Below the pieces are notes generated by a model that saw nothing but the letters and a program-made list of their open reading frames with translations, had not been told where the DNA came from and did no database searches. A DNA stretch of 64,000 nt, taken from Meiothermus sp. GTDB taxonomy: Bacteria; Deinococcota; Deinococci; Deinococcales; Thermaceae. The stretch covers positions 1-64,000 of the forward strand of contig JANRLD010000015.1 in the NCBI GenBank assembly GCA_033762915.1, read 5' to 3'. Below, piece by piece: positions 9,013-19,452 of this stretch (within the stretch, counting starts at the first letter, position 1; every line of letters begins with the position of its first letter). A program made the position numbers and the translations under genes.

Positions 9013-10059
9013 ATGTCCATGCTGTTCTCGCCGCTTCAGCTCCGCTCCGTCCGACTCAAGAACCGCGTCGCCATGTCGCCCATGTGCCAGTACTCCTCGG
9101 AGAACGGCAAAGTGGGCGACTGGCATTTGCTGCACTACCCCACCCGGGCAGCGGGCGGGGTCGGGCTGGTGGTTGTGGAGGCGTCTGCGGTCGAGCAGCG
9201 TGGCGTCATCAGCCCGGACGACCTGGGCATTTGGTCGGACGAGCACGTGGCGGGCCTCAGGGAGTTGGCCTCCCGGATAAAGGCGGCGGGCGGGGTGCCC
9301 GGCATCCAAATCGCACACGCCGGGCGCAAGGCCGGGACTCAGAGCCCCTGGAAAGGGGGAAAACCGCTACACCAGTGGACGCCTGTCGCCCCCTCGGAGG
9401 TCGCCTTCCACGAGGGCTGGATGGTGCCAAGGGCGCTCGACTTGATCGGCCTCGAGCAGGTTAAGGACGCGTTCAGGAAGGGGGCAAAGCGGGCCTTCGA
9501 GGCAGGCTTTGAGGTGCTCGAGCTGCATATGGCCCACGGCTACCTGCTGCACTCGTTCCTTTCGCCGCTGTCAAACCGGCGTACCGATCAATACGGCGGC
9601 AGTTTTGACAACCGGGCGCGGTTTCCTCTTGAGGTCGTGCGTACAGTTCGGCAGGTTTGGCCGGAGGAACTGCCCCTGCTGGTGCGGGTCTCGGCCTCGG
9701 ACTGGGCGGAAGGGGGGTGGGGGGCCAAAGACACGGTGGCCTTCGCGGGTCGGCTGAAAAAGCTCGATGTGGACTTGTTGGACTGCTCGAGCGGCGGCGC
9801 TGTGCCGGGGGCAAAAATCCCGGTCGGCCCCGGCTATCAGGTGGCGTTCGCCCGGCAGGTTCGGCAGTCCACCGGTCTCCCCACTGCAGCGGTGGGCCTG
9901 ATAACCGAGCCGGCGCAGGCCGAGCAGATTCTCCAGGAAGGCGCCAGCGACCTGATTTTGCTGGGCCGGGTGCTGCTGGCGAACCCGTACTGGGCCTTCA
10001 CGGCAGCCAAGGCCTTGGGGGATAAGGTGTGGCCGCCCCAGTACGACCGGGCATTCTGA
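9013..10059 (+). CDS. namA: NADH:flavin oxidoreductase, old yellow enzyme of the YqjM/NamA class
   Basis: [40 protein letters not shown]-terminal PPQYDRAF. Confidence 0.92.
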   Translation: MSMLFSPLQLRSVRLKNRVAMSPMCQYSSENGKVGDWHLLHYPTRAAGGVGLVVVEASAVEQRGVISPDDLGIWSDEHVAGLRELASRIKAAGGVPGIQIAHAGRKAGTQSPWKGGKPLHQWTPVAPSEVAFHEGWMVPRALDLIGLEQVKDAFRKGAKRAFEAGFEVLELHMAHGYLLHSFLSPLSNRRTDQYGGSFDNRARFPLEVVRTVRQVWPEELPLLVRVSASDWAEGGWGAKDTVAFAGRLKKLDVDLLDCSSGGAVPGAKIPVGPGYQVAFARQVRQSTGLPTAAVGLITEPAQAEQILQEGASDLILLGRVLLANPYWAFTAAKALGDKVWPPQYDRAF

Positions 10060-10383
10060 AGGCTCCAGGCCCACATCAAGGGAGGTTTCTGAACCCATTT
10101 GATCGTGCTTCCCACCACCACTTTCCTCACGGCGGCCGGCAATCTTCTCCCTTCAGCAAAAACAGCTCTAGGGAGTATAGGGGTGAACTGCTCTGAGGGC
10201 AGAGTAGGGCAAGTTGCGCCACTCGAGGCCAAGGCCCGAATAAGGCATAGTTGAATCGCGAAGTGCTGCTTCACAAGCCCGGGACTTTTCCATTCCGGCC
10301 GCAATACCGTCGGGTCGTGTATCCCCACTCGAGGTCTGCGTAGTTTTGTTTAACACGTGCTCAGACTTGTAAACACTCCGATG

Positions 10384-10508
10384 TTGACAGCCAATGTGCC
10401 CTGGAGTAAACTCCCGTTTGGAAGTTCTTCCAAAGCCAACGGTCAAAACGACAAGTTCTTCTACGTAACCCGACTGAAACGATTTAGTCAAAAATGGAAG
10501 CATTTCCA
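10384..10508 (+). promoter_or_regulatory. Promoter of the sugar ABC operon with candidate LacI-type operators
   Basis: TTGACA (10384)-17 bp-TAAACT (10407); TTTGGAAG-TT-CTTCCAAA at 10417-10434; TGGAAGCATTTCCA at 10495-10508. Confidence 0.65.
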
Positions 10509-10651
10509 GTTCGACCACCAGTTTCGGCACTGAGAGTCCTCAGCGGCGGCTCGTGTGAAGGCTGGGAGAGGCGGGTTGTGCTGTAGACCCGCTTGTTCCA
10601 AGGAGGAGGCTGCGCCGGCCCCAGGGCTTGTGCGGCTGCTAAGGAGGAAGC

Positions 10652-11920
10652 ATGAAGAAGTGGGTTGCAGGTTTTCTGACGTTGGCCCTCGCCGTGGGCG
10701 GTATGGCCATGGCCCAGGGTGTGACCATCCGGGTGGCGGGCGACTCCTCGGCCGTAGGCGAAGGCGGGCGCTGGATGAAGGCGAAGGTTGAGGAATGGGC
10801 GGCCAAGAGCGGCAACAAGGTCGAGTACATCGACTCCCCTGCTGATACCAACGACCGCCTGGCGCTGTATCAGCAGTACTGGGCCGCCAAGAGCGCCGAC
10901 GTAGACATCTACATGATTGACGTCATTTGGCCGGGCATCGTGGCCCCCCACTCCGCCGACCTCAAGCAGTACTTCAGCGAGGCCGAGCTGGCCCAGTTCT
11001 TCCCCCGCATCGTGCAGAACAACACCATCGGCGGAAAGCTGACCTCGATCCCCTTCTTCACCGACGCCGGCCTGCTCTACTTCCGCACCGACCTGCTGCG
11101 TAAGTACGGCTTCAGCGGCCCGCCCAAGACCTGGACCGAACTCGACCGCATGGCCACCCGCATTCAGCAGGGCGAGCGCCAGGCCGGCAACCGCGACTTC
11201 TGGGGCTTCGTCTTCCAGGGCAAGGCCTACGAGGGTCTGACCTGTGACGCGGTGGAGTGGATCTTCTCGATGGGCGGTGGGCGCATCCTCGAGCCCGGCA
11301 ACCGGGTCACCATCAACAACGCCCAGACTGTGGCGGCCCTTTCGATGGTCAAGAGCTGGATCGGCCGCATCGCCCCTCCGGGCGTCACCAGCTACGCCGA
11401 GGAGGAGGCCCGCAACGCCTTCCAGTCCGGCAACGCCGCCTTTATGCGCAACTGGCCTTACGCCTACAGCCTGGGCCAGAGCGAGGGCAGCAAGGTTCGC
11501 GGCAACATTGGCGTGACCGTGCTCCCCAACGGCGGCCCCAACCGTCAGAGCGCTGCCACCCTGGGGGGTTGGCAGCTGATGGTTTCGACCTACTCCAAGA
11601 ACCAGCGGCAGGCCGCCGAGCTAGTTAAGTACCTGACCAGCGTCGAAGTGCAGAAGGACAACGCCATCAGCCTGTCCCGCCTGCCCACCCGCCCGGCCCT
11701 ATACAACGACGCCCAGGTGCTGGCCAAGAACGGCTTCTTCAAGGACCTGCTGCCGGTTTTCCAGAACGCCGTGAGCCGCCCCTCGGGCGTGGCCGGTGCC
11801 CGCTACAACCAGGTTTCTGAAGCCTTCTGGACCGGCGTCCACGAGGCCATCACCGGGGCCAAGCCCGTGGTTCAGGCCGTGCGCGATATGGAGCAGCGCA
11901 TCACCCGCGCCCTGCGCTAA
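10652..11920 (+). CDS. malE: Sugar ABC transporter substrate-binding protein (trehalose/maltose/sucrose type)
   Basis: Signal peptide; [48 protein letters not shown] typical of TMBP-like proteins. Confidence 0.88.
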   Translation: MKKWVAGFLTLALAVGGMAMAQGVTIRVAGDSSAVGEGGRWMKAKVEEWAAKSGNKVEYIDSPADTNDRLALYQQYWAAKSADVDIYMIDVIWPGIVAPHSADLKQYFSEAELAQFFPRIVQNNTIGGKLTSIPFFTDAGLLYFRTDLLRKYGFSGPPKTWTELDRMATRIQQGERQAGNRDFWGFVFQGKAYEGLTCDAVEWIFSMGGGRILEPGNRVTINNAQTVAALSMVKSWIGRIAPPGVTSYAEEEARNAFQSGNAAFMRNWPYAYSLGQSEGSKVRGNIGVTVLPNGGPNRQSAATLGGWQLMVSTYSKNQRQAAELVKYLTSVEVQKDNAISLSRLPTRPALYNDAQVLAKNGFFKDLLPVFQNAVSRPSGVAGARYNQVSEAFWTGVHEAITGAKPVVQAVRDMEQRITRALR

Positions 11921-11942
11921 GCCCGATGAGCTGATTCTTTCG

Positions 11943-11976
11943 GAGGGTCGGGAGTTTCTCGACCCTCTACTCTTTT
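11943..11976 (+). terminator. Stem-loop after malE (terminator or mRNA stabiliser)
   Basis: GAGGGTCGGGA-GTT-TCTCGACCCTC followed by TACTCTTTT. Confidence 0.6.
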
Positions 11977-12079
11977 AAGTGTCTCCATAGTTCAGCTGCG
12001 AAATGCTGCCCCGAAACTCCGCTCCGGGACGCATCTGCTGTCCCCTCTGATCTAGCAGATTCACTCTGGCGCAACTTAG
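11975..12079. mobile_element. Degenerate MITE/IS-remnant-like repeat, short copy
   Basis: Shares an exact 17-mer TTAAGTGTCTCCATAGT and a 48-bp right end (33/48 ungapped identity) with 16231-16457. Confidence 0.45.
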
Positions 12080-12176
12080 ACCCTGTGGGGTAGTATGTTC
12101 AGTGAACCAAAACAGGCGGGAAGCGGCTGGGGAATGGAACACTTCCCCGCTTTCGGAAAGGCTATAAAGGGGGTCC

Positions 12177-13058
12177 ATGTTAACTCTAAGGCAAACCCGA
12201 CTGGCGTGGATACTAGTGCTGCCGACCCTGCTGGTGGTGGCGCTGGTGGCGGGCTACCCGCTGGCCCAGGTCTTTTACTACTCCTTCTTTAGCGCTCGGA
12301 TCGACTTCTCGGAGCCGGCCCGCTTCGTGGGCTTTGAGAACTACTTTTACCTGTTACAAGACGCCGACTTCCGCCAGGCCTTGTGGAATACCCTGCGCTT
12401 CACCTTCGTGTCGGTTTCCCTCGAGACCATCCTGGGGCTCGCCATCGCCCTGGTGATTCACTCCAACTTCGCCGGTCGTGGCCTGGTGCGCACCGCCATC
12501 CTGATCCCCTGGGCCATCCCCACGGTGGTCTCGGCCAAGATGTGGCAGTGGATGCTCAACGACATCTACGGCGTCATCAACGTAATCGCGGTCAACCTGG
12601 GCATCGTGGCCAACAAGGTGGCCTTCCTCGCCAACCCCAACACCGTGCTGTGGGCCATCGTGGCGGTGGACGTGTGGAAGACCACCCCGTTCATGGCCCT
12701 GCTGATCCTGGCCGGTCTCCAGCTCATCCCCTCCGACATTTATGAGGCCGCCGACATCGACGGGGCCAGCAAGTGGCAGCAGTTCTGGACGCTTACCCTG
12801 CCGCTCCTGACGCCCGCCCTGGTGGTGGCCCTGATCTTCCGCACGCTCGACGCGCTGCGGGTTTTCGACATCATCTCGGTGATGGTGGGGGTTAACAACG
12901 CCACCAAGAGCCTGGCTATCTACAACCGCCAGACCCTCATCGATTTTCGAGACTTGGGGTACGGCTCGGTGATCTCCATCGCCATCCTGGTGTTGATCTT
13001 CATCTTTGTGTTCATCTACATGCGCTTTGTCGGGCGCAGCGTAAGGGGTGAGGAATGA
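12177..13058 (+). CDS. malF: Carbohydrate ABC permease (MalF-like)
   Basis: Six TM segments; EAA loop IYEAADIDGASKWQQFW. Confidence 0.9.
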   Translation: MLTLRQTRLAWILVLPTLLVVALVAGYPLAQVFYYSFFSARIDFSEPARFVGFENYFYLLQDADFRQALWNTLRFTFVSVSLETILGLAIALVIHSNFAGRGLVRTAILIPWAIPTVVSAKMWQWMLNDIYGVINVIAVNLGIVANKVAFLANPNTVLWAIVAVDVWKTTPFMALLILAGLQLIPSDIYEAADIDGASKWQQFWTLTLPLLTPALVVALIFRTLDALRVFDIISVMVGVNNATKSLAIYNRQTLIDFRDLGYGSVISIAILVLIFIFVFIYMRFVGRSVRGEE

Positions 13059-13127
13059 GGACGCACGGGGGTGCGGGGACAGCGGGCAGACTCGAGTGCA
13101 GGCTTGAGGCGGGAGCGGAGGTGGGAA

Positions 13128-13976
13128 ATGCGGTCTAAGTCGCCACTTTATTACGTGCAGCGGTTCTTCTTCTACCTCTTGGTGGTGTTCATCATCGTCT
13201 ACAGCGTGTTTCCCTTTTACTGGGCGGTGGTGAGCAGCTTTAAGCCCAGCTCGGAGCTGTTTAACGCCAACCCCAGCTTCCTGCCGGTGCCGTTCACGCT
13301 GGTGCACTACAACGCTGTATTTGGCAACAACAACTTTCTGCGCAACCTGTGGAACTCGCTGGTGGTGGCGGGCGGGGCCACCCTGATCTCGCTGCTGCTG
13401 GGGATCGCCGCTGCTTATGCGCTGGGCCGGCTGCGCTTCCCGCCCAAGAACTGGATTTTGTACCTGGTGCTGGCCATGACCATGTTCCCCCAGGTCTCGG
13501 TGCTCTCAGGCTTGTTCGTGCTGCTGCGCGAGACCGGGCTATTCAACAGCTACGCGGGGCTGATTCTGAGCTACCTGCTGTTTACCCTGCCCTTCACGGT
13601 CTGGGTGCTGACCGGCTATTTCCGGGGGCTACCGCGCGAGCTCGAGGAGGCCGCCTACGTCGACGGCGCGACGCCGCTCCAGACGCTCATCCAGGTCATG
13701 CTACCGCTGTGCGGCCCCGGCCTGGTCACCACCGGACTGCTGGCCTTCATCGCCGCCTGGAATGAGTACCTCTTCGCCCTGACCTTTACCATCGGGGAGC
13801 GGGCTAAGACCGTGCCGGTCGCCATCGCCCAGTTCGGCGGGGCCAGTGCCTTCGAGGTGCCCTGGGGCGCGATTATGGCCGCGTCGGTGGTGGTGACGGT
13901 GCCGCTGGTGATCTTGGTGCTGGTCTTCCAGCAGCGCATCGTGGCCGGGCTTACTGCCGGGGCCGTCAAGGGATAG
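13128..13976 (+). CDS. malG: Carbohydrate ABC permease (MalG-like)
   Basis: ELEEAAYVDGA EAA loop, AWNEYLFA, C-terminal GLTAGAVKG; SD GGAGGTG. Confidence 0.92.
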   Translation: MRSKSPLYYVQRFFFYLLVVFIIVYSVFPFYWAVVSSFKPSSELFNANPSFLPVPFTLVHYNAVFGNNNFLRNLWNSLVVAGGATLISLLLGIAAAYALGRLRFPPKNWILYLVLAMTMFPQVSVLSGLFVLLRETGLFNSYAGLILSYLLFTLPFTVWVLTGYFRGLPRELEEAAYVDGATPLQTLIQVMLPLCGPGLVTTGLLAFIAAWNEYLFALTFTIGERAKTVPVAIAQFGGASAFEVPWGAIMAASVVVTVPLVILVLVFQQRIVAGLTAGAVKG

Positions 13977-13995
13977 GAAAAGAACGCCGCTCGAG

Positions 13996-14023
13996 GGGCC
14001 GGCCTGCGGGTCGGCCCTTTTTT
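13996..14023 (+). terminator. Intrinsic terminator
   Basis: GGGCCGGCC-TGCG-GGTCGGCCC-TTTTTT. Confidence 0.8.
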
Positions 14024-14327
14024 GTTCGATGGTCACTGGGTTGGAAAACCAACCCCTCGAGTGCCTTCCCCTCCACGCAGATGTGCTGCACTGGGCGAGC
14101 TGCTGGCTCCAGAAGGGCTTCCTTCGAAGAGGGATACCCAACCTTCGAGGGTAGTAAATGGCATCCCAGGGGCTGCACAACGCCATGCAAATCGGTGGAA
14201 AGCCCCCCAAAAAATGGAGCAGAGCACGGCAAAACGGGGGATGGCCGTGCCGAGATTGGCCTAGTCGCCTTGGACTTTCTTAACTCCGGGACAATTACTC
14301 ACTTTCCAAAGGGTTACAATCGGCTCC

Positions 14328-14480
14328 ATGCAAGAGCCTGACAAGCCCGAGATCAAGCCGGACTGGAAGGACTTCGTCGCGCTGGTGATTGCGGCCTACT
14401 CGATCCTGCTGCCGCCGCTCCTGGTCATCATCGGGGCGGGGGCGGCCGTGCTGCTGCTGTTCAGCTTCGCCTTTAGGTAG
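14328..14480 (+). CDS. Small membrane protein (50 aa), below the ORF-track cutoff
   Basis: MQEPDKPEIKPDWKDFVALVIAAYSILLPPLLVIIGAGAAVLLLFSFAFR; TACAAT-N7-ATG; GC3-rich codons. Confidence 0.7.
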   Translation: MQEPDKPEIKPDWKDFVALVIAAYSILLPPLLVIIGAGAAVLLLFSFAFR

Positions 14481-14519
14481 CCGCCCGCTGCCTTAGACCA
14501 GGGAGGGCAAGGAGAGTTC

Positions 14520-16079
14520 ATGACCACGCTTACGCAAACCACCTTGTTCGATTCGCTGCCCGAGGACTACCAGAAGCGGCTCGGGCAGCCGGGGCAGTAC
14601 CCGTTTACTCGGGGCGTGTATCCCAAAATGTATACCGAGCGGCCCTGGACAATGCGCCAGTACGCCGGTTTTAGTACCGCCGAGGAGTCCAACGCGCGCT
14701 ACCGCTACTTGCTCGAGCAGGGTCAGACTGGCCTCTCGGTGGCCTTCGACCTGCCCACCCAGCTGGGCATGAACCCCGACCACCCCCTCAGCGTGGGCGA
14801 GGTGGGCAAGGTTGGGGTCTCGATTGCCTCGCTGGATGACATGAAGACCCTGCTGGCGGGCATCCCGCTGGACAAGGTAAGCACCTCCATGACCATCAAT
14901 GCCCCGGCCAACATGTTGCTGGCCCTGTACCTTCTGGTGGCCGAGGAGGGAGGCGTGGGCTGGGAGAAGGTCAGCGGGACCATTCAGAACGACATCCTCA
15001 AGGAGTATATTGCGCGCGGCACCTACATCTACCCCCCACAGGCCTCAATGCGCCTGATAACCGATGTGTTCGCTTTTTGTACCCAGAAAGTGCCGAAGTG
15101 GAACACCATTTCCATCTCCGGCTACCACATCCGCGAAGCCGGCAGCACGGCCGCCCAGGAAATCGCCTTCACCCTGGCCGACGGCGAGGCTTACGTGCAA
15201 GCCGCAGTAGACGCGGGCCTGAGCATCGACGACTTCGCCCCGCGCCTGTCCTTCTTTTTCGCCGCCCACGGCGACCTCCTCGAGGAGGCGGCCAAGTTCC
15301 GCGCCGCGCGCCGAATGTGGGCCAGAATCATGCGCGAGGAGTTCGGGGCCAGGGATCCCAAGAGCTGGATGCTGCGCTTTCACACCCAAACCGGCGGCTC
15401 CACCCTGACCGCCCGAGAGCCCCTGACCAACGTGGTACGCACCGCCTACCAGGCGCTTGCCGCCGCGCTGGGCGGCACCCAAAGCCTCCACACCAACGCC
15501 TACGACGAGGCTCTGGGCCTCCCTACCTCGAGCAGCGCCCTGTTGGCCCTCCGCACCCAACACATCTTGGCCTACGAGTCGGGCATCACCCGGGCCGTCG
15601 ACCCGCTGGGCGGCTCGTTTTACGTCGAGCACCTTACCGACGAACTCGAGCGCCACGCCCAAACCTACCTGGACCAGGTCGCCAGCCTCGGTGGCGCGGT
15701 GCGGGCGGTGGAGCAAGGGTTTTTCCAGCGGGAGATCGAGGAGTCGGCCTGGGCCTTTCAGCGCGAAGTCGAGGCCAAAAAGCGGATTATCGTGGGGGTT
15801 AACCAGTTCAACAACCCTGACTCGGTGCTCAACCAGCCCGTCCCGGTGCAGAAGATCGACGACGCACTGGGTAACAAGCGCAAGGCCCAGATTCAGGCCT
15901 TCATGCAGCGCCGCGACGGCCAGTCGGCCCAGGTTGGCCTGGACAATCTCCGCGCCGCCAGCAAGGGTGCAGAGAACCTAATGCCCTTCATCCTCGAGGC
16001 TTTCCGTCGGCGGGCCACGCTGGGCGAGATTTGCGGCGTACTGCGCGAGGAGTGGGGAGAGTACCAGCCGGCGTACTAG
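14520..16079 (+). CDS. Methylmalonyl-CoA mutase, substrate-binding (large) subunit without B12-binding domain
   Basis: [20 protein letters not shown] (Tyr89 equivalent), [29 protein letters not shown]; no DxHxxG motif. Confidence 0.93.
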   Translation: MTTLTQTTLFDSLPEDYQKRLGQPGQYPFTRGVYPKMYTERPWTMRQYAGFSTAEESNARYRYLLEQGQTGLSVAFDLPTQLGMNPDHPLSVGEVGKVGVSIASLDDMKTLLAGIPLDKVSTSMTINAPANMLLALYLLVAEEGGVGWEKVSGTIQNDILKEYIARGTYIYPPQASMRLITDVFAFCTQKVPKWNTISISGYHIREAGSTAAQEIAFTLADGEAYVQAAVDAGLSIDDFAPRLSFFFAAHGDLLEEAAKFRAARRMWARIMREEFGARDPKSWMLRFHTQTGGSTLTAREPLTNVVRTAYQALAAALGGTQSLHTNAYDEALGLPTSSSALLALRTQHILAYESGITRAVDPLGGSFYVEHLTDELERHAQTYLDQVASLGGAVRAVEQGFFQREIEESAWAFQREVEAKKRIIVGVNQFNNPDSVLNQPVPVQKIDDALGNKRKAQIQAFMQRRDGQSAQVGLDNLRAASKGAENLMPFILEAFRRRATLGEICGVLREEWGEYQPAY

Positions 16080-16230
16080 GTTGTGCCAGGGTAGATTTGC
16101 GAAAGCGGCAGACGCGGCAGCTACGTTTCAGGGCGGAGTGGCGTGCGCCACAGCTGCGGAGCGGCTACCCGAGGCGCAATTCCCTTCGGACGTATTGAGG
16201 CGGCACTTCACCGTTCAACACTCGAGCCAC

Positions 16231-16457
16231 TTAAGTGTCTCCATAGTCGCAATGCAACATGTCGCCCGCCAGATCTGGCAAGGAATTATGGCGAATTCTT
16301 GTAAACACTGATGTATCAATCGGTCCTGAGTGTCGTTGTAGACGCAAATCCGTCGGAAGCGAAAGGAAGTCTTCACGGCAACTTGGTTTTACTCCAGGCA
16401 CGTATCTGTCGCTTCCGCTGATTCTGCACTTCTACTCTGACGCAACTAGGCACCTAA
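16231..16457. mobile_element. Degenerate MITE/IS-remnant-like repeat, long copy
   Basis: Lower-GC insert bounded by TTAA...CTAA; ends homologous to 11975-12079. Confidence 0.45.
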
Positions 16458-16538
16458 CCTTCGAAGGCAAAACCAAACTCGAGCCCACGCCAAACTAGCG
16501 GTCGGGCTCGAGGCAGTCTTTTGGCCTTGAATCCCAAT

Positions 16539-17870
16539 CTATGCCTGCAGTCCCACACCGCGCGGCCCCCGTACCCGCACCGTGAAGTTCTTGTGTGGGC
16601 CGGGGATGGGGGCGATCTGGGTGCGGAGGCGGTAGTTGGGGTGGGGCAGCTCGAGGTCTACCTGATGCACCAGCGTTGCCAATACCAGCATGATCAGTGC
16701 TTCGCCCATCCCGGCGCTCAGGCAGGTGCGGCTGCCCAGGCCGTAGGGAGCAAAGGCTCCAGGGGTGCGGTGCTCGTGGCGCGGCTCGAAGAAGCGCTCG
16801 GGGTCGAAGCGGTAGGGCTCCCGGTACACCTCGGGCAGGAAATGCGAGACCCCGGTGGCGATAAAGATAAGCTGGCCCTGCTCGATGGTGTGTCCGGCGA
16901 ACTCGAACGGCTTGGCCACGTAGCGCGGAAGGGCCCCGGCGACGGGATACATGCGTAGCGTCTCCATGCACGCGCCGTAGGTCCAGCGCATGCGCCGCAG
17001 GTCGTTAAGGTTGAGGTCACCTGAGCCGAACAGCTCGTCGGCCTCGGCGCGGACCAGGGCCAGCAACTCCGGATTGCGCAGCAATTCGTAGAGCAAGTAG
17101 CCGCACAGGCGCGGGGCATAGGCCACGCCGTTGACCAAAGGCAGGTGGACGTAGGCCAGCAGGTCGTGACCCTCGAGGCTTTTTCCATGCGGGGTTTTGC
17201 CCTCGAGCAGCAGGCCCACGAAGTCGTCTTTGGGGCGCTCGCGGTGCTGGTCCACGATGCGCTGTAAAAACGCCTCGAAGCGCCGCTTGGCCTGGAGGTA
17301 GTCGGGCATCTTAAGCAAGAAAGCAGGCTGGAAGGCCACGCCCGAGCCGATTAACCGATTGGTGAAGAGGATGATCGAGGCCAGTTCGTCGCCGACCTCG
17401 GTGCTTTGGCTTGACCGCGCGATGATCTCCAGGCACAGCCGGGTCATCACCTCCTGAACCCGGATGGACTGGCCCTGCTGCCAGCCTCGAGCGGTCTGGC
17501 GAATCAGCCCGACGGCTTCAGGCAGATAGCCCGCCAGGGTCTCGCGCGAGAGGCGCGGCCGGATCATCCGGCGGTAGTAGCCGTATTCGGGCTCGTCTAG
17601 GGTGGGGAGGTAGAGGTCGCTGCCGGTTTCCTCGACCAGTTTTCCGTAAATGGGCTGGAGTTGCAGCGTGTCACTGCCCAGTGTGTTGAACAGCTGGTTG
17701 GCCTCGAGGCCGGCCAGGATGGTGATCTTACGCCCCGGGACCTCGATGCGGTAGACCGGGCCGTGACGGTGATAGGCCTGGGTCATGAACCCCATCGCGT
17801 CTCGGGTGAGGGACAGGGTGTTGCCCAGCAAGGGCAGGCCGGGTACTCGGGGGACGGGGGCGGCGCTCAT
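16539..17870 (-). CDS. Cytochrome P450 with atypical I-helix
   Basis: ETLR (ExxR), FDPERF, heme motif PYGLGSRTCLS; I-helix reads NGVAYA instead of AGx(D/E)T; SD AAGGAGG. Confidence 0.92.
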   Translation of the reverse strand: MSAAPVPRVPGLPLLGNTLSLTRDAMGFMTQAYHRHGPVYRIEVPGRKITILAGLEANQLFNTLGSDTLQLQPIYGKLVEETGSDLYLPTLDEPEYGYYRRMIRPRLSRETLAGYLPEAVGLIRQTARGWQQGQSIRVQEVMTRLCLEIIARSSQSTEVGDELASIILFTNRLIGSGVAFQPAFLLKMPDYLQAKRRFEAFLQRIVDQHRERPKDDFVGLLLEGKTPHGKSLEGHDLLAYVHLPLVNGVAYAPRLCGYLLYELLRNPELLALVRAEADELFGSGDLNLNDLRRMRWTYGACMETLRMYPVAGALPRYVAKPFEFAGHTIEQGQLIFIATGVSHFLPEVYREPYRFDPERFFEPRHEHRTPGAFAPYGLGSRTCLSAGMGEALIMLVLATLVHQVDLELPHPNYRLRTQIAPIPGPHKNFTVRVRGPRGVGLQA

Positions 17871-17994
17871 AAACCTCCTTGGGCCACAAAAAGCGTGACC
17901 CTACCCCAGGCCAACGCCATTCGGGCACCAACCCTTCGCGGGGACAATCCGGAATACATCGTCCCCGCTCCGCGCCCGGTTTGTCAATCGGCGC

Positions 17995-19425
17995 TCACAG
18001 CCCCATTGATATGTACTTCACGTTGAGGTACTCCTCGATGCCCCAGTGCCCGCCTTCGCGCCCGAATCCGCTCTGCTTGACTCCGCCGAAAGGGGCCTGG
18101 GCGGTCGAGGGAATGGCGTCGTTGAGGCCCACGATGCCGTACTCGAGGCGCTCCGCAAGCCGCATGGCCCGGCTGAGGTTCTGCGTCCAGAGGTACGCGG
18201 CAAGGCCGTAGGGGGTGTGGTTGGCGGCGGCCAGCGCTTCGGCCTCAGTGTCGAAGGCAATCAAAGGGACCACCGGCCCGAAGGTCTCCTCCTGCATGAT
18301 CCGCATGGAGTCATTCACCCCGCAAACCACGGTAGGGGTGAAGAACAACCCCTCGGCGGCGCCGCCCCCAGATAGGACGGTAGCTCCTTTGCTCAGGGCA
18401 TCGGCCACGTGGGCCTTGACCTTCTCGAGGCCCTGCGCGTCGACCAGTGGGCCGATCTGGGTGCTGGCCTCGAGGGGGTTGCCCACCTTGAGCGCCCTCA
18501 CCGCTTCGACCAGCTTGGCTGAGAAGGCCTCGAGTATGCCCCGCTGCACATAGACCCGGTTGGTGCAGACGCAGGTCTGGCCGGCGTTGCGGAACTTGCA
18601 GGCGATCACGTCCCTTACCGCCTGGTCGAGGTCGGCGTCGTCGAAGATCAGGTAGGGCGCGTGTCCGCCCAGCTCCATCGAGACCCGCTTAAGGGTGTCG
18701 GCCCCCTGGCGGGTGAGCAGTCTCCCGACCTCGGTGGAGCCGGTGAAGGTGATCTTGCGGACCCGCTCGTCGGCCATCATGACCCGGGTCACGGGCACCG
18801 GGTCGGCGCAAGGAATCACCTGGAAGGTTCCGGTGGGGCCGCCCGCCTCGAGCCACAGCTCGGCCAGCCGGATCGCCGTGAGCGGCGACTGCTCGGCGGG
18901 CTTGAGGATGAAGGTACAACCAGCCGCCAAGGCCGGACCGATCTTGCGGGTCGCCATCGCAGCGGGGAAGTTCCAGGGGGTGATGCCATAGACCGGCCCC
19001 ACTGGCTGCTTAAGGACCATCAGCCGCTTGGTGGCGAACTGGCTGGGGACGGTCTGGCCGTACACCCGCTTGGCCTCCTCGGCGTACCATTTGACGAAAC
19101 TGACCGCATAGCGCACCTCACCCACCGCCTCGGTGATGGGCTTGCCCATCTCGAGGGCAATCAGACGCCCGAGGGCCTGTTCGTCGCGCAGAATCAGGCC
19201 ACACCACCGCTCCATCAGCGCGGCCCGCTCGTAGGCGGTGGTCTCTCGCCAGCGCTCGAAGGCCGCGACTGAAGCCTCTACCGCCCGCCTGGCCTCGGAC
19301 TCCCCGCAGTCGGCCACCCCGGCGATAACCTCTGCGGTGAAGGGGCTGGTCACTGGGAAGGTCTTTGCTGTCGAAGTCCAGTCGGAACCAATTAGGGCCT
19401 GGGTGTTGAAAGTTTCCTTGACCAT
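17995..19425 (-). CDS. NAD(P)-dependent aldehyde dehydrogenase, succinate-semialdehyde dehydrogenase (GabD)-like
   Basis: ITPWNFP, FTGSTEVG, MELGGHAP, FRNAGQTCVC, EETFGP; SD AGGAGGAGG. Confidence 0.92.
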   Translation of the reverse strand: MVKETFNTQALIGSDWTSTAKTFPVTSPFTAEVIAGVADCGESEARRAVEASVAAFERWRETTAYERAALMERWCGLILRDEQALGRLIALEMGKPITEAVGEVRYAVSFVKWYAEEAKRVYGQTVPSQFATKRLMVLKQPVGPVYGITPWNFPAAMATRKIGPALAAGCTFILKPAEQSPLTAIRLAELWLEAGGPTGTFQVIPCADPVPVTRVMMADERVRKITFTGSTEVGRLLTRQGADTLKRVSMELGGHAPYLIFDDADLDQAVRDVIACKFRNAGQTCVCTNRVYVQRGILEAFSAKLVEAVRALKVGNPLEASTQIGPLVDAQGLEKVKAHVADALSKGATVLSGGGAAEGLFFTPTVVCGVNDSMRIMQEETFGPVVPLIAFDTEAEALAAANHTPYGLAAYLWTQNLSRAMRLAERLEYGIVGLNDAIPSTAQAPFGGVKQSGFGREGGHWGIEEYLNVKYISMGL

Positions 19426-19452
19426 GCCTCCTCCTACCTTTGCACCCAACCC

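Noticed and set aside
14030..14330. Cobalamin riboswitch upstream of the mutase
   Set aside because: No B12-box or conserved GGGAA...GCCCCCGC core found
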